NCBI GenBank assembly: GCA_029268695.1
Contig: JAQWNJ010000014.1
Location: 64,751 to 128,750, forward strand
Origin: Bacteroidia bacterium
GTDB taxonomy: Bacteria; Bacteroidota; Bacteroidia; NS11-12g; UBA9320
Length of the DNA: 64,000 nucleotides
Direction of reading: 5' to 3'
How positions within the stretch are numbered: position 1 is the first letter of the stretch; every line of letters starts with the position of its first letter. A program made the position numbers and the translations under genes. This document shows positions 52,214 through 62,601 of this stretch, piece after piece. The notes beneath the pieces are model-generated. The model was not told the origin of the DNA. It saw nothing but the letters and a program-made list of their open reading frames with translations, and did not search any database.

Positions 52214-54868
52214 ATGACAAGACAATTAGAAAATTACCTTCGATTAAGTGGTTTAGAACCATTAGTTAAGTCACCCAATATCAATTTTATGAATATTGGT
52301 GAACGAACAAACATTACAGGTTCTAAGAAATTTGCTCGCCTAATTTTAAATGATCAATATGATGAAGCAATTGATATTGCTCGACAGCAAGTAGAGAATG
52401 GAGCTCAAATCATCGATGTAAATATGGACGAAGGAATGCTAGATGGAAAGTCTGCAATGATTAAATTCTTAAACCTTATTGCTGCGGAACCAGATATCTC
52501 AAGAGTTCCTGTAATGATTGATTCTAGTAAGTGGGAGATTATTGAAGCTGGACTTAAAGTTGTACAGGGTAAAGGAATTGTAAATTCAATAAGCCTAAAA
52601 GATGGCAAAAAAGAATTTATCAAAAGAGCTAAAAAAATTAAGTGGTTTGGAGCTGCCACCGTGGTAATGGCTTTTGACGAAAATGGACAAGCAGATACTT
52701 TTGAAAAAAGAATAAATATATGTCAACGTAGCTACGATATCCTTGTCAATGAAGTTCAATTCCCTCCTCCAGATATCATATTTGATCCCAATATTTTAAC
52801 GGTTGCAACTGGTATTGAAGAACATAATAATTACGCAGTAGATTTTATTGAAGCTACTCGGTGGATTAAAGAAAATCTACCTTTTGCTAAAGTTAGTGGA
52901 GGTGTAAGTAATATTTCATTCAGTTTTAGAGGTAATAATATTATTCGAGAAGCGATGCATTCTGCATTTCTTTATCATGCTATAAAAGCCGGCTTAGATA
53001 TGGGAATTGTCAACGCGGGTATGATCGAAGTATACGAGGAGTTGCCCAAAAATATTCTTGAAGCAGTTGAAGATGTTATTCTGAACAGGCATGAAGATGC
53101 AACTGAAAATTTAATAGCTCTTGCTGAAGTCGTCAGAGGGAATGGTAAAAAAATTGTTCAAGACCTAAGTTGGAGAAATGAAAATGTTTACGAGCGGTTA
53201 AAACATTCTCTCATAAAAGGAATAACGGAATATATTGAAGAAGACACCGAAGAAGTTCGTCAACAACTCAACAAACCCATAGAGGTTATAGAAGGTCCGC
53301 TCATGGCAGGAATGAGTGTAGTTGGAGATTTATTTGGGAGTGGTAAAATGTTCTTGCCTCAAGTAGTCAAAAGTGCACGGGTAATGAAAAAATCCGTAGC
53401 ATACTTACAACCTTATCTAGAAACTGAAAAAAGTGAAGGAAACACCCAGGGGAAAATATTATTAGCAACCGTAAAAGGAGATGTTCATGATATTGGAAAA
53501 AATATTGTTGGAGTAGTTTTAGCATGTAATAACTACCATATAATTGATCTTGGTGTCATGGTTCCAACCAATACTATTATTGATGCTGCAATTGAACACA
53601 ACGTCGATATGATTGGACTAAGCGGTTTAATAACTCCTAGTTTAGAAGAGATGGTTAATATAGCAGACGAAATGGAAAGAAGATCTTTGAAAATACCTGT
53701 ATTAATTGGTGGTGCAACAACCTCTCGAATGCATACAGCTGTTAAGGTAGCTCCAAAGTATTCTGGACCAGTAATCCATGTATTAGATGCCTCTCGATCG
53801 GTTCCGGTAGCTAGTCAACTCATTAGCACAAAAACACATGAAAACTTTACAACTCAAATTAAATCCGAATATGATCAACTTGCTATTCAACATGCAGCTC
53901 GACAATCTGAAAAAAAGGTACTTTCATTCAATGAATGTCTGAACAATAAACCCATACTTAATTGGAATGATTACACTCCTCCAACACCAAATAAAACTGG
54001 AGTTGAAATATTAAAAGATTTTGATTTATCTGAGCTAAGAAACTATATCGATTGGACCCCTTTCTTTTCAACTTGGGAACTCAAAGGTAAATATCCTGAT
54101 ATTTTTGAGGATATCTATGTTGGGGAAGAAGCAAAAAAGTTATTTGAGGATGCTCAAGAAATGCTCGATCAATTAATTTCTAAAAAAATCCTTAGTGCTA
54201 ATGGAATTGTTGGAATTTTTGAAGCTTTTGAAGAACAAGGAGACATAATACTCCCAAAAAATCAGATAACTTTCAATTGTCTTCGTCAACAAAGAAAGAT
54301 GGGTAATAATATACCAAATCGTTCTCTAGCTGACTTTATAGCTCCAAAAAATACAGGTAAGAAAGACTACTTAGGAGCATTTGCCGTAACCACTGGAATA
54401 GGAATTGAAAAAATTGTAGAAAAATATGAAAAGGATCAAGATGACTATAATTCAATTTTGGTAAAAGCTATTGCTGATCGACTTGCAGAGGCATTTGCGG
54501 AATACTTGCATGAGTATGTCCGAAAAAAAATGTGGGGTTATGCTTCTGATGAAATATTAGATAACGAACTGCTGATACGGGAAAAGTATCAGGGTATACG
54601 ACCTGCACCTGGATATCCTGCATGTCCTGATCATACCGAAAAAGGGAAACTTTGGGATTTACTTGATGTAGAAAATCATACGGACATTAGTCTAACTGAA
54701 AGTTACGCTATGTACCCAACTGCTGCTGTATCTGGATTCTATTTTTCACACCCAGAAAGTAAATATTTTGCTGTAGGAAAAATTGGAGAGGATCAATTAA
54801 AAAATTATGCTCATCGTAAAAATGTTTCTTTTGAATATGCTAAAAAATGGTTAAGCCCTAACTTATGA
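52214..54868 (+). CDS. metH: Cobalamin-dependent methionine synthase: pterin, B12 and reactivation domains only (no homocysteine-binding domain)
   Basis: [66 protein letters not shown]. Confidence 0.95.
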   Translation: MTRQLENYLRLSGLEPLVKSPNINFMNIGERTNITGSKKFARLILNDQYDEAIDIARQQVENGAQIIDVNMDEGMLDGKSAMIKFLNLIAAEPDISRVPVMIDSSKWEIIEAGLKVVQGKGIVNSISLKDGKKEFIKRAKKIKWFGAATVVMAFDENGQADTFEKRINICQRSYDILVNEVQFPPPDIIFDPNILTVATGIEEHNNYAVDFIEATRWIKENLPFAKVSGGVSNISFSFRGNNIIREAMHSAFLYHAIKAGLDMGIVNAGMIEVYEELPKNILEAVEDVILNRHEDATENLIALAEVVRGNGKKIVQDLSWRNENVYERLKHSLIKGITEYIEEDTEEVRQQLNKPIEVIEGPLMAGMSVVGDLFGSGKMFLPQVVKSARVMKKSVAYLQPYLETEKSEGNTQGKILLATVKGDVHDIGKNIVGVVLACNNYHIIDLGVMVPTNTIIDAAIEHNVDMIGLSGLITPSLEEMVNIADEMERRSLKIPVLIGGATTSRMHTAVKVAPKYSGPVIHVLDASRSVPVASQLISTKTHENFTTQIKSEYDQLAIQHAARQSEKKVLSFNECLNNKPILNWNDYTPPTPNKTGVEILKDFDLSELRNYIDWTPFFSTWELKGKYPDIFEDIYVGEEAKKLFEDAQEMLDQLISKKILSANGIVGIFEAFEEQGDIILPKNQITFNCLRQQRKMGNNIPNRSLADFIAPKNTGKKDYLGAFAVTTGIGIEKIVEKYEKDQDDYNSILVKAIADRLAEAFAEYLHEYVRKKMWGYASDEILDNELLIREKYQGIRPAPGYPACPDHTEKGKLWDLLDVENHTDISLTESYAMYPTAAVSGFYFSHPESKYFAVGKIGEDQLKNYAHRKNVSFEYAKKWLSPNL

Positions 54869-54872
54869 TAAA

Positions 54873-54896
54873 TAACTACCTAATATTAGGTAGTTA
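54873..54896. repeat. Perfect 24-bp palindrome (terminator hairpin or operator)
   Basis: TAACTACCTAAT|ATTAGGTAGTTA between metH and bshA. Confidence 0.7.
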
Positions 54897-54929
54897 AATT
54901 GCATACTTGCATCTTTGTAAATACAAAAA

Positions 54930-56036
54930 ATGAACATTGGTATACTTTGTTACCCGACGTATGGTGGTAGTGGTGTAATTGCAACAGAATTAGGTAAAGC
55001 ACTGGCTGAAAAAGGCCATAAAATCCACTTTATATCTTATAATCAGCCTGTAAGGTTCGATGCATTCAATGAGAATTTATTTTTTCATGAAGTTCGATTT
55101 AATAATTATCCGCTTTTTAAATACCCCCCATACGAAACAGTTCTTACTAGTAAAATTGTTGATGTCGTAAAAAGTTACAAACTAGATGTACTTCATGTTC
55201 ATTATGCCATACCTCACGCTGCCGCTGCAGTAATGGCAAAAAGTATTCTAAAAAAAATAGGGATAGAAATTAAAATAGTCACTACACTTCATGGTACAGA
55301 TATTACGCTTGTAGGTAAAGATAAAAGTTTTGAGCCCGTAGTCAGTCATTCACTATTTGAAAGTGATATTGTTACTGCTGTTTCTAATAGCCTAAAACTT
55401 GAAACTTACCAAAATTTTAGTTACGATGGGGATATACAAGTTGTCCCAAATTTTATTGATTTCCAAAGATTTAATAAACAACCAAAAGATCATTTTAAAA
55501 AAATCATAGCTCCTAATAACGAAAAAGTTATCGTTCATACATCCAATTTCAGAAAGGTAAAAAGAGTCCCCGACGTGCTCAACGTATTCAGAAAAATTGC
55601 CAAAGAAGTACCCGCTAAAATGCTTTTTATAGGAGATGGTCCCGAAAGAAATAGCATAGAAAAGGAGTGTATGTCTTGTGACATGTGTAAAGATGTTACA
55701 TTTCTTGGGAAACAAGAGGCTGTTGAAGAAATCTTAAGTATAGCCGATCTTTTTATTATTCCGTCAGAAACTGAAAGTTTTGGACTTGCCGCATTGGAAG
55801 CTATGGCCTGTGAAGTTCCTGTAATTAGCACAAATGCTGGTGGACTTAAAGAAGTTAATATTGATGGGGTAACAGGATTTACAAGTGATGTTGGAGATAC
55901 GGATAAAATGGCAAAAGATTCACTCTATATCCTTAAGGAGGAAAATTTAAACCAGTTTAAGGCACTTGCAAAAATGCAATCGCTTAAATTTAAATTGGAT
56001 ACTATTCTCCCTATTTATGAGAGACTCTACCAATAA
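54930..56036 (+). CDS. bshA: N-acetyl-alpha-D-glucosaminyl L-malate synthase
   Basis: CYPTYGGSGVIATELG, LHVHYAIPHA, TTLHGTDITLVG, SNFRKVKR, ESFGLAALEAM. Confidence 0.93.
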   Translation: MNIGILCYPTYGGSGVIATELGKALAEKGHKIHFISYNQPVRFDAFNENLFFHEVRFNNYPLFKYPPYETVLTSKIVDVVKSYKLDVLHVHYAIPHAAAAVMAKSILKKIGIEIKIVTTLHGTDITLVGKDKSFEPVVSHSLFESDIVTAVSNSLKLETYQNFSYDGDIQVVPNFIDFQRFNKQPKDHFKKIIAPNNEKVIVHTSNFRKVKRVPDVLNVFRKIAKEVPAKMLFIGDGPERNSIEKECMSCDMCKDVTFLGKQEAVEEILSIADLFIIPSETESFGLAALEAMACEVPVISTNAGGLKEVNIDGVTGFTSDVGDTDKMAKDSLYILKEENLNQFKALAKMQSLKFKLDTILPIYERLYQ

Positions 56037-56038
56037 GT

Positions 56039-56620
56039 TTACTTTTCAATCGTAAAAATTACATCAGAATTAGCATCTAATGTAACAAATTGATTGATTT
56101 CAACTTGTTCTGTAAAATTACCAGAAAATATAATTTGCGTATTCGTATTTGAGATGATCTGGACAATGTTTTCATTATCATCTACTAATGCTATTTTTCC
56201 ATCGCTTTCTGACCATGTTCCTTGAGTTTGGACTCTTTGTACAGGTATTGCCTGATCCAGTTGTTGGCCCGTAAATTCAGCTATTACATCTGCTGTGAAA
56301 CTTAAATCTGTTGTGTATCTATTTGGATTTTCACTAAATGTTACCTTCCCAGTAATATCAGAACCTTTACCCGTAAATGTACCTGCTTGTTGTCCACTAA
56401 ATGATAAAACCCCATTTGTTAAATCAATTTTGGTGTAATCCCATTCTCCTACAAATGGACTAACTTCAACGCCACCCCCATTATTGTTACCACCATTATT
56501 ATTCCCAGTAGTATCTGTTGAATTTCTAACTTCCTCAACTAAAGGTAGAGGAGGTTTTTTACAACTATGAAAGATGGGTGTTAAAAGGCCCAAGAATAGA
56601 ATAACGGTGATTTTTTTCAT
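56039..56620 (-). CDS. Hypothetical lipoprotein (lipocalin-like)
   Basis: Lipobox FHSC; NNNGG linker; FVGEWD; GTW. Confidence 0.7.
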   Translation of the reverse strand: MKKITVILFLGLLTPIFHSCKKPPLPLVEEVRNSTDTTGNNNGGNNNGGGVEVSPFVGEWDYTKIDLTNGVLSFSGQQAGTFTGKGSDITGKVTFSENPNRYTTDLSFTADVIAEFTGQQLDQAIPVQRVQTQGTWSESDGKIALVDDNENIVQIISNTNTQIIFSGNFTEQVEINQFVTLDANSDVIFTIEK

Positions 56621-56648
56621 GATTAATTAAGGTGCAAGATACTAAAAT

Positions 56649-57374
56649 TTAACCATTCCATAACTTCCATGATTTGTCTGCTTGTATTTTCAACATATCC
56701 AGCCCATTTACAATCATTGCCCCATTTAATTTTGATTTAGCTAAGAATAGACTCTCTTTAGGATTATACACCAAATCATAACACAAGTGATTTTTGGTAA
56801 TTGCTGAGTATGGAATATCTACACAGGTATCCACTTTTGGAAAAGTTCCCAAGGGAGTTGTATTAATAAGTATTTGGTGGCTTTTAACCATGTCATTATC
56901 TATCTGAGTATAATTCATCAAATCATGATTTGACTGAGACACATGAGTGCACTCAATACCCAGAGATTTCAATACATAAGTAATCGTTTTACTTGAACCA
57001 CCTGTTCCAAAAATTAATGCCCTTTTATGATAGGATTGAAGATACTTAAGTAACGTATTTTCAAATCCAAAGTAATCTGTATTTTCTCCACATAACAAAT
57101 CATTTTTTACTGTAACAGTATTAACCGAATTTATCTCACTAGCTATAAGGCTAATTTCATCCAAATATGGGATAATTAATTGCTTGTATGGTATAGTAAT
57201 ATTAAACCCGCTTAAGTCATTTTCGTGAATTAATGCTTTGATCTGACCCAATGATGGCAATTCAAAGGCTTGATAGGAACAATCATTGATACATAATTCA
57301 TTAAACTTATCTCTAAAATATCTTGGAGAAAAAGAATGAATCAAACTCTTACCTATAAGCCCATAATTTCTCAT
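56649..57374 (-). CDS. aroE: Shikimate dehydrogenase
   Basis: GLIGKSLIHSFSP, GFNITIPYK, VNT, NTDYFGF, GTGGS, NTTPLG, YDLVYNP, NGLDML..QA. Confidence 0.93.
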   Translation of the reverse strand: MRNYGLIGKSLIHSFSPRYFRDKFNELCINDCSYQAFELPSLGQIKALIHENDLSGFNITIPYKQLIIPYLDEISLIASEINSVNTVTVKNDLLCGENTDYFGFENTLLKYLQSYHKRALIFGTGGSSKTITYVLKSLGIECTHVSQSNHDLMNYTQIDNDMVKSHQILINTTPLGTFPKVDTCVDIPYSAITKNHLCYDLVYNPKESLFLAKSKLNGAMIVNGLDMLKIQADKSWKLWNG

Positions 57375-58324
57375 TTTTTTGAACTAAACCTATCAAGACC
57401 AAAAATAAGAAATACTGCCACTGCCATTAATAGTATGCAAGTAAAAACATGAGGTTCTGTTCCATATAAAGGATTTTCATCCAACTCAGAAAAAGTGGAA
57501 GGAAGAATACTTTCACTAAATTTTACTACTTCTTCTCCCTTACTATTGATCCTTGTAGAAGTAACATGTTGCCATGGCCAAACTTTGTTTAATGATCCTA
57601 AGAGAAAACCACCTAATAATGCTAAAGTCTGATTTGGATATTTATCAAAAGTAAATCCCAATAATCTTGAAAAAGTAAACAAACCAATTAATAAACCAAG
57701 TCCAAAAACAACGACTAATTGAAGTTCAGGTCCTAATGGATTGACTATAAAATCTTTTATTGCAGGCATAATTATGGTATACATACCCATAAGTAATAAC
57801 ACAAAACTTCCAGAAAGCCCGGGAAGCATCAAAGCTGAAATTCCCAAAATTCCGGATAAAAACACCATAACTAAATGTTCACTTCCTGAGGAAGGACTAG
57901 TAATTGTAATCCAATAAACTAGACCAAAGCCTAGAATAAAAAATAGAATTTCTATTAGCCCCCATCTTTTAATTTGCTTTGTAATTAGTGGTATCGAAGC
58001 GATAATTAAACCAAAGAAAAAACTCCAAATATGAATTGGATGAGATTCTAATAAACCTACTATAATTTTAAGGCCAATTATGAATCCTACAGCCATTCCA
58101 AGTATTACTTTTAAAAGAAAATTACCATCTATTTTAGCCCAAACACCCTTAAAGCCCTCATTCTTGAAAATACCAATCAATTTAAAATTAATTGCATTTA
58201 TTGAATTTAGAAGTCGCTCATAAATCCCTGTTATAAAGGCTAAAGTTCCTCCTGAAACACCTGGTATTACCTCTGCAATACCCATAGTAGCTCCTTTTAA
58301 TATTAGTCTTAATGTTTCTTTCAT
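57371..58324 (-). CDS. DUF368 protein (undecaprenyl-phosphate translocase family)
   Basis: MGIAEVIPGVSGGTLA, ALMLPGLSGS, GSLNKVWPW; TAAATTTG at 58335-58342 (minus strand). Confidence 0.9.
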   Translation of the reverse strand: MKETLRLILKGATMGIAEVIPGVSGGTLAFITGIYERLLNSINAINFKLIGIFKNEGFKGVWAKIDGNFLLKVILGMAVGFIIGLKIIVGLLESHPIHIWSFFFGLIIASIPLITKQIKRWGLIEILFFILGFGLVYWITITSPSSGSEHLVMVFLSGILGISALMLPGLSGSFVLLLMGMYTIIMPAIKDFIVNPLGPELQLVVVFGLGLLIGLFTFSRLLGFTFDKYPNQTLALLGGFLLGSLNKVWPWQHVTSTRINSKGEEVVKFSESILPSTFSELDENPLYGTEPHVFTCILLMAVAVFLIFGLDRFSSKK

Positions 58325-58385
58325 GAATTCTTTACAAATTTACTACCTCATACTCAACTTACACTTTATGTTTGTAATATTAAAT

Positions 58386-58511
58386 ATGAAAAAGACTGTT
58401 GCTATCATCTTTCTTTCCATAAGTGTAATGCTATTTATGGATAGCTGCAAAGCAAAAAAAAGATATAAATACAAAGGCCCAACTAAGAATTGTGACTGCC
58501 CAAATGGGTAA
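58386..58511 (+). CDS. 41-aa small lipoprotein with CxCP tail
   Basis: MKKTVAIIFLSISVMLFMDSC-KAKKRYKYKGPTKNCDCPNG; TATGTTTG promoter at 58367-58374. Confidence 0.65.
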   Translation: MKKTVAIIFLSISVMLFMDSCKAKKRYKYKGPTKNCDCPNG

Positions 58512-58515
58512 TCCA

Positions 58516-59640
58516 CTATAGTAATTTCACTTTTTTCTTTGGCGTGACAAAATGCCAACGTAAATAGTTTTCCATGGTTACATCTATTTTATTGGGGTTT
58601 ACATTGTAGTTAAATCCTAATCGATTTAGAAAAACAAGATGTCTCCCAATTTCAACCTCATACCCTACACGCAAACCAATCATTTTTCGATAATCATGTG
58701 CAATTGGCCAATTTTTATTACCTAATGAATGATAAAGTTGTTCACCCCAAGGTGCTTGAAATTGATACCCATCAAAATAATTAGCAACAAATTGATAATC
58801 CTTATGATTTAGCCTGATTACCCCAAAGTGTCCAACTCCATCATAAAACCCATTGACTTTCACATCACTTTTATCTTCATAATAAATAACATGACCACCC
58901 ATAAACAAAGAAGTGTTTTTATTAAAATTAACACTATACTCAAGACCATTTGCAAAATTGTACTCTACAGAATTTGGTGAGCTATTCTTGTCAATTTCAC
59001 CAGCACTATGAACGGTCATTCCCTGAGCATTAAATGATAATTTATGCTTGTCATTATTAATTGGGTTTAAAAAAACATTGTAACCAGCCACAAACATCTC
59101 ATTTTTAGGATCATCATAATAAATCATATCATGCCAGTCAATCCATATATCATAAGTTAAGCGATCTCCAGGTTTAACAATTTGAACACCTTGCTCGAAA
59201 CGATCCGTAATTACCTTCTCGTAATCATACATTGGTTCAATCATCTTATGCTGAAGAGTTCCGTCTAAATTACCAAAAGTGACATTGTGCTTTAATACAT
59301 CACGATAGGTGAATTTAAAATAGGGTTCAACTGTCTTAATTTCAGGATTACCAAAATCATATCGAACTAGTACCCCTCCATAAATTTGAGCTTTATCATT
59401 AAAAGAATATTGCATATAGGGTAGTAGATTAAATCCTATATATGATGATCCTTTGTCCACTCTTGACAGGTACTCAGCATTTCTAAAGTAACTTAGATTA
59501 TCAAAGTGAAACTGTACATGAGAAGAATCAATAACTTTTTCATACTTATTATTGTCAAAGAATGAATTTTCATATTGACTGTAAACATTAGTAACCATTA
59601 ACAATAAAAATATGAGAAATGAAAAGTACCTTGAAATCAT
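58516..59640 (-). CDS. Hypothetical outer-membrane beta-barrel protein
   Basis: Signal peptide; YFRNAEY, FGNLDG..H..IEP.Y, WIDW; alternating aromatic strands. Confidence 0.7.
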   Translation of the reverse strand: MISRYFSFLIFLLLMVTNVYSQYENSFFDNNKYEKVIDSSHVQFHFDNLSYFRNAEYLSRVDKGSSYIGFNLLPYMQYSFNDKAQIYGGVLVRYDFGNPEIKTVEPYFKFTYRDVLKHNVTFGNLDGTLQHKMIEPMYDYEKVITDRFEQGVQIVKPGDRLTYDIWIDWHDMIYYDDPKNEMFVAGYNVFLNPINNDKHKLSFNAQGMTVHSAGEIDKNSSPNSVEYNFANGLEYSVNFNKNTSLFMGGHVIYYEDKSDVKVNGFYDGVGHFGVIRLNHKDYQFVANYFDGYQFQAPWGEQLYHSLGNKNWPIAHDYRKMIGLRVGYEVEIGRHLVFLNRLGFNYNVNPNKIDVTMENYLRWHFVTPKKKVKLL

Positions 59641-59735
59641 ATGGTTAAAAATTTAATTATGCAAATAAGCAACTTTGCAGTGGTATTTCAATAGCAATAG
59701 TTAACAGGCACAATATTTGAATATAACCTTGTAAT

Positions 59736-60527
59736 ATGATTAGAGTACTTATCACTTATTTAATAATCCTCATAATTGGGAGTGGATTTAAAATGGATAA
59801 TAGTATTGAAAAAAAATTTCGAAATCACCCTAATGAAGCTTTTACATTTGGCGAGCAACTGAATTATAGAGTTCATTATGGATGGATTAATGCTGCATCA
59901 ATAGACATAAAAGTAGGGAGTAAAGCCAAAAAGATCAATGGTCGATCAACCTATAACATCAAAGCTATTGGAAAAACATATCGATCTTTTGATTGGGCAT
60001 ATAAAGTTAGGGATCACTTTGAAACGTACATCGATAGTGTAAGCCTGGCTCCCCTAAAATATTATAAAAATGTTAGAGAGGATAATTACAGAGATGAAGA
60101 TCTTGTCTATTATAACCATATAAAACAACGATTAACAGGCAAAAAGAAAAACATGGATATGCCCGCTTATTTACAAGATATTGTTAGTGGTATATTTTAT
60201 GCTAGAACTATAGATTTTGCTGACTCTAAACCTGGCAATACATTCCCAATTAGCATCTATTTAGATCAGGAAATCTATGACTTAAAATTTCGATATCTTG
60301 GTACGGAAACAATTAAAACAGATCTTGGAAAAATTAAATGTTTTAAACTACGTCCTCAACTGGTAGTCGATAGGGTCTTTAAGGACGAGGATGATATGAC
60401 TATTTGGGTAAGTGCCGATAAAAATAAAATACCTGTTCGTGTAAAGGCAAACATTTACATAGGATCTGTAAAAGTAGATATTACAGATGCCTCTGGATTA
60501 AGAAATCCATTCACATCAAAGCTATAA
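59736..60527 (+). CDS. DUF3108 domain protein
   Basis: AFTFGEQLNYRVHYG, YKVRDHFETYID, QDIVS, GKIKCFK, IWVSADKNKIPV. Confidence 0.82.
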   Translation: MIRVLITYLIILIIGSGFKMDNSIEKKFRNHPNEAFTFGEQLNYRVHYGWINAASIDIKVGSKAKKINGRSTYNIKAIGKTYRSFDWAYKVRDHFETYIDSVSLAPLKYYKNVREDNYRDEDLVYYNHIKQRLTGKKKNMDMPAYLQDIVSGIFYARTIDFADSKPGNTFPISIYLDQEIYDLKFRYLGTETIKTDLGKIKCFKLRPQLVVDRVFKDEDDMTIWVSADKNKIPVRVKANIYIGSVKVDITDASGLRNPFTSKL

Positions 60528-60602
60528 GCACAGCAAATTAATTTGTTTGACCAATTTTTATAGATGTAAAACAATTGTTTTCAATACTTTTACATTCTAA
60601 TC

Positions 60603-62477
60603 ATGAATTTCCTCAGTGGTGAACAATTAGCAAAAAATCTTGGAGAGCGATTTCTTTTTGAAGAGTTAGATATCAGTATTAATAAAGGTGATAAAATTGC
60701 TCTAATTGCCAATAATGGAACTGGGAAAAGTTCCCTGCTTAAGATTTTGGCGAAAGAAGATGACCCCGACATAGGGGTTGTCAGATATGGGAAAAATATA
60801 CGTATTGCTTACTTGAGTCAAGAAGCAAATTTTGAAGAAAATCTAACCATTCAAGAGCTGATTGATTATAGTAGTAGTGATGTATTATCTATAATTAGGT
60901 CATATGAATCTGCATTAAATGCTCAAACAAATAACTTTAACACTGAAACACAACGAATATTTAACCAAGCTACAATAAAAATGGATCAATATAATGCTTG
61001 GGACTATGAACGAAAATTAAAAGAATTGCTATCAAGATTTAATATATCCGACTTCAATCAACCGATTGCCTCTTTAAGTGGTGGGCAAAAAAAAAGATTA
61101 GCAATTAGTCTAACATTATTAAATAACCCTGACTTATTGATACTAGACGAGCCCACAAATCATCTTGATTTAGAGATGATTATATGGCTAGAAAACTATC
61201 TCAAAAAATCATCCATCAGCATATTGATGGTAAGTCACGATCGATACTTTATTGATTCAATATGCAATCAAATCATTGAACTAAATCAAGGGAAATTACA
61301 GACGTATAATGGAGATTACGCTTATTTCCTTGAGAAAAAAAATTATCTTGAAACAGCTCAAGCTACTGAAATTGAAAAAGCCAAACAACTATATAAAAAA
61401 GAATTAGATTGGATAAGAAGAAGCCCCAAAGCAAGAACTACTAAAAGCAAATCAAGAATTGGATCTTTTTATAAAACTGAGGCAAAAGCTAAAAGTGGGA
61501 CTAAAGAAAAGGAACTTCAGTTATCTGTTAAAATGAACCGTATTGGCGGCAAAGTGCTTGAACTAAAAAAAGTCTACAAATCCTACAAAGATCTTATTAT
61601 CATAAAAGGATTTGACTATACCTTCAAAAAAGGAGAACGTATAGGTATTGTTGGTAAAAATGGTACCGGAAAATCAACTTTTTTAGATGTAATCATGGGA
61701 ATTGAACCTGCTGATAGTGGCAAGATAAATCGTGGAGATACCATTGTATTTGGGTATTATAGTCAAGAAGGAATTAAAAATATAAAACCTAATAAACGGG
61801 TTATTGAAGTGCTTAAGGATATTGCTGATGTTATCACTTTAGCGAATGGGAGTAAAGTTTCCGCAAGTCAATTACTCAATCAATTTCTTTTCCCACCACA
61901 GATGCAAAACCAACAAGTATCAAAACTAAGTGGTGGCGAAAAACGTAGATTATATCTACTGACTGTACTGATGAAAAATCCCAATTTCCTTATTTTAGAC
62001 GAGCCCACTAATGATCTTGACATCATTACTTTAAATAAACTGGAGGCATTTTTGGAGGACTTTGGGGGTTGTATAATTGTAGTAAGTCATGATCGATATT
62101 TTTTAGATAAAGTTGTCGAACACATTTTCATCTTTGAAGGTAATGGTGTTATCCGAGATTTTAATGGTAGCTATACTGAGTATCGATTATGCTTAGATTC
62201 GAAAAAACACAATAAAAATTACACTCAGAAAAATCTAAAAAAGACTGAAAAGAAAAAGGATATTAAAGCTAAATTAAGTTTTAAAGAGAAATATGAATTT
62301 GAAAACCTTGAAAAAGAAATTGAACACCTTGAAAAAGAGAAAACTAAACTTGAATTTCTCATTTCTGAAAATTCTGACAACTATGAATTTGTTAATGAAA
62401 AAGCAAAAATATTAGACCAATTGATTAAAGATATTGATACTAAAACTGATCGATGGATGACCTTAAGCGAATATTAG
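60603..62477 (+). CDS. ABC-F family ATPase (Uup-like)
   Basis: Two NBDs (NGTGKS/LSGGQ/LDEPTNHLD and NGTGKST/LSGGE/LDEPTNDLD); PKARTTKSK linker; no TM; C-terminal coiled coil. Confidence 0.93.
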   Translation: MNFLSGEQLAKNLGERFLFEELDISINKGDKIALIANNGTGKSSLLKILAKEDDPDIGVVRYGKNIRIAYLSQEANFEENLTIQELIDYSSSDVLSIIRSYESALNAQTNNFNTETQRIFNQATIKMDQYNAWDYERKLKELLSRFNISDFNQPIASLSGGQKKRLAISLTLLNNPDLLILDEPTNHLDLEMIIWLENYLKKSSISILMVSHDRYFIDSICNQIIELNQGKLQTYNGDYAYFLEKKNYLETAQATEIEKAKQLYKKELDWIRRSPKARTTKSKSRIGSFYKTEAKAKSGTKEKELQLSVKMNRIGGKVLELKKVYKSYKDLIIIKGFDYTFKKGERIGIVGKNGTGKSTFLDVIMGIEPADSGKINRGDTIVFGYYSQEGIKNIKPNKRVIEVLKDIADVITLANGSKVSASQLLNQFLFPPQMQNQQVSKLSGGEKRRLYLLTVLMKNPNFLILDEPTNDLDIITLNKLEAFLEDFGGCIIVVSHDRYFLDKVVEHIFIFEGNGVIRDFNGSYTEYRLCLDSKKHNKNYTQKNLKKTEKKKDIKAKLSFKEKYEFENLEKEIEHLEKEKTKLEFLISENSDNYEFVNEKAKILDQLIKDIDTKTDRWMTLSEY

Positions 62478-62548
62478 AAGTCCATTAAAATTAAATATAA
62501 TTAATATAAAATTTCCCCAATGTAACTTGTATCTAAAACGGTGAATTT

Positions 62549-62576
62549 TTTAAATTCTCATATTCGAGAATTTGAA
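62549..62576. terminator. Possible hairpin terminator between convergent genes
   Basis: AAATTCTC-atattc-GAGAATTT inverted repeat. Confidence 0.4.
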
Positions 62577-62601
62577 CCCATCCTGCTGAAGTTTGAATCA
62601 A

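Noticed and set aside
56471..56506. Short tandem repeat in the lipoprotein gene
   Set aside because: Encodes an NNNGG low-complexity linker with varied codons; not a phase-variable tract
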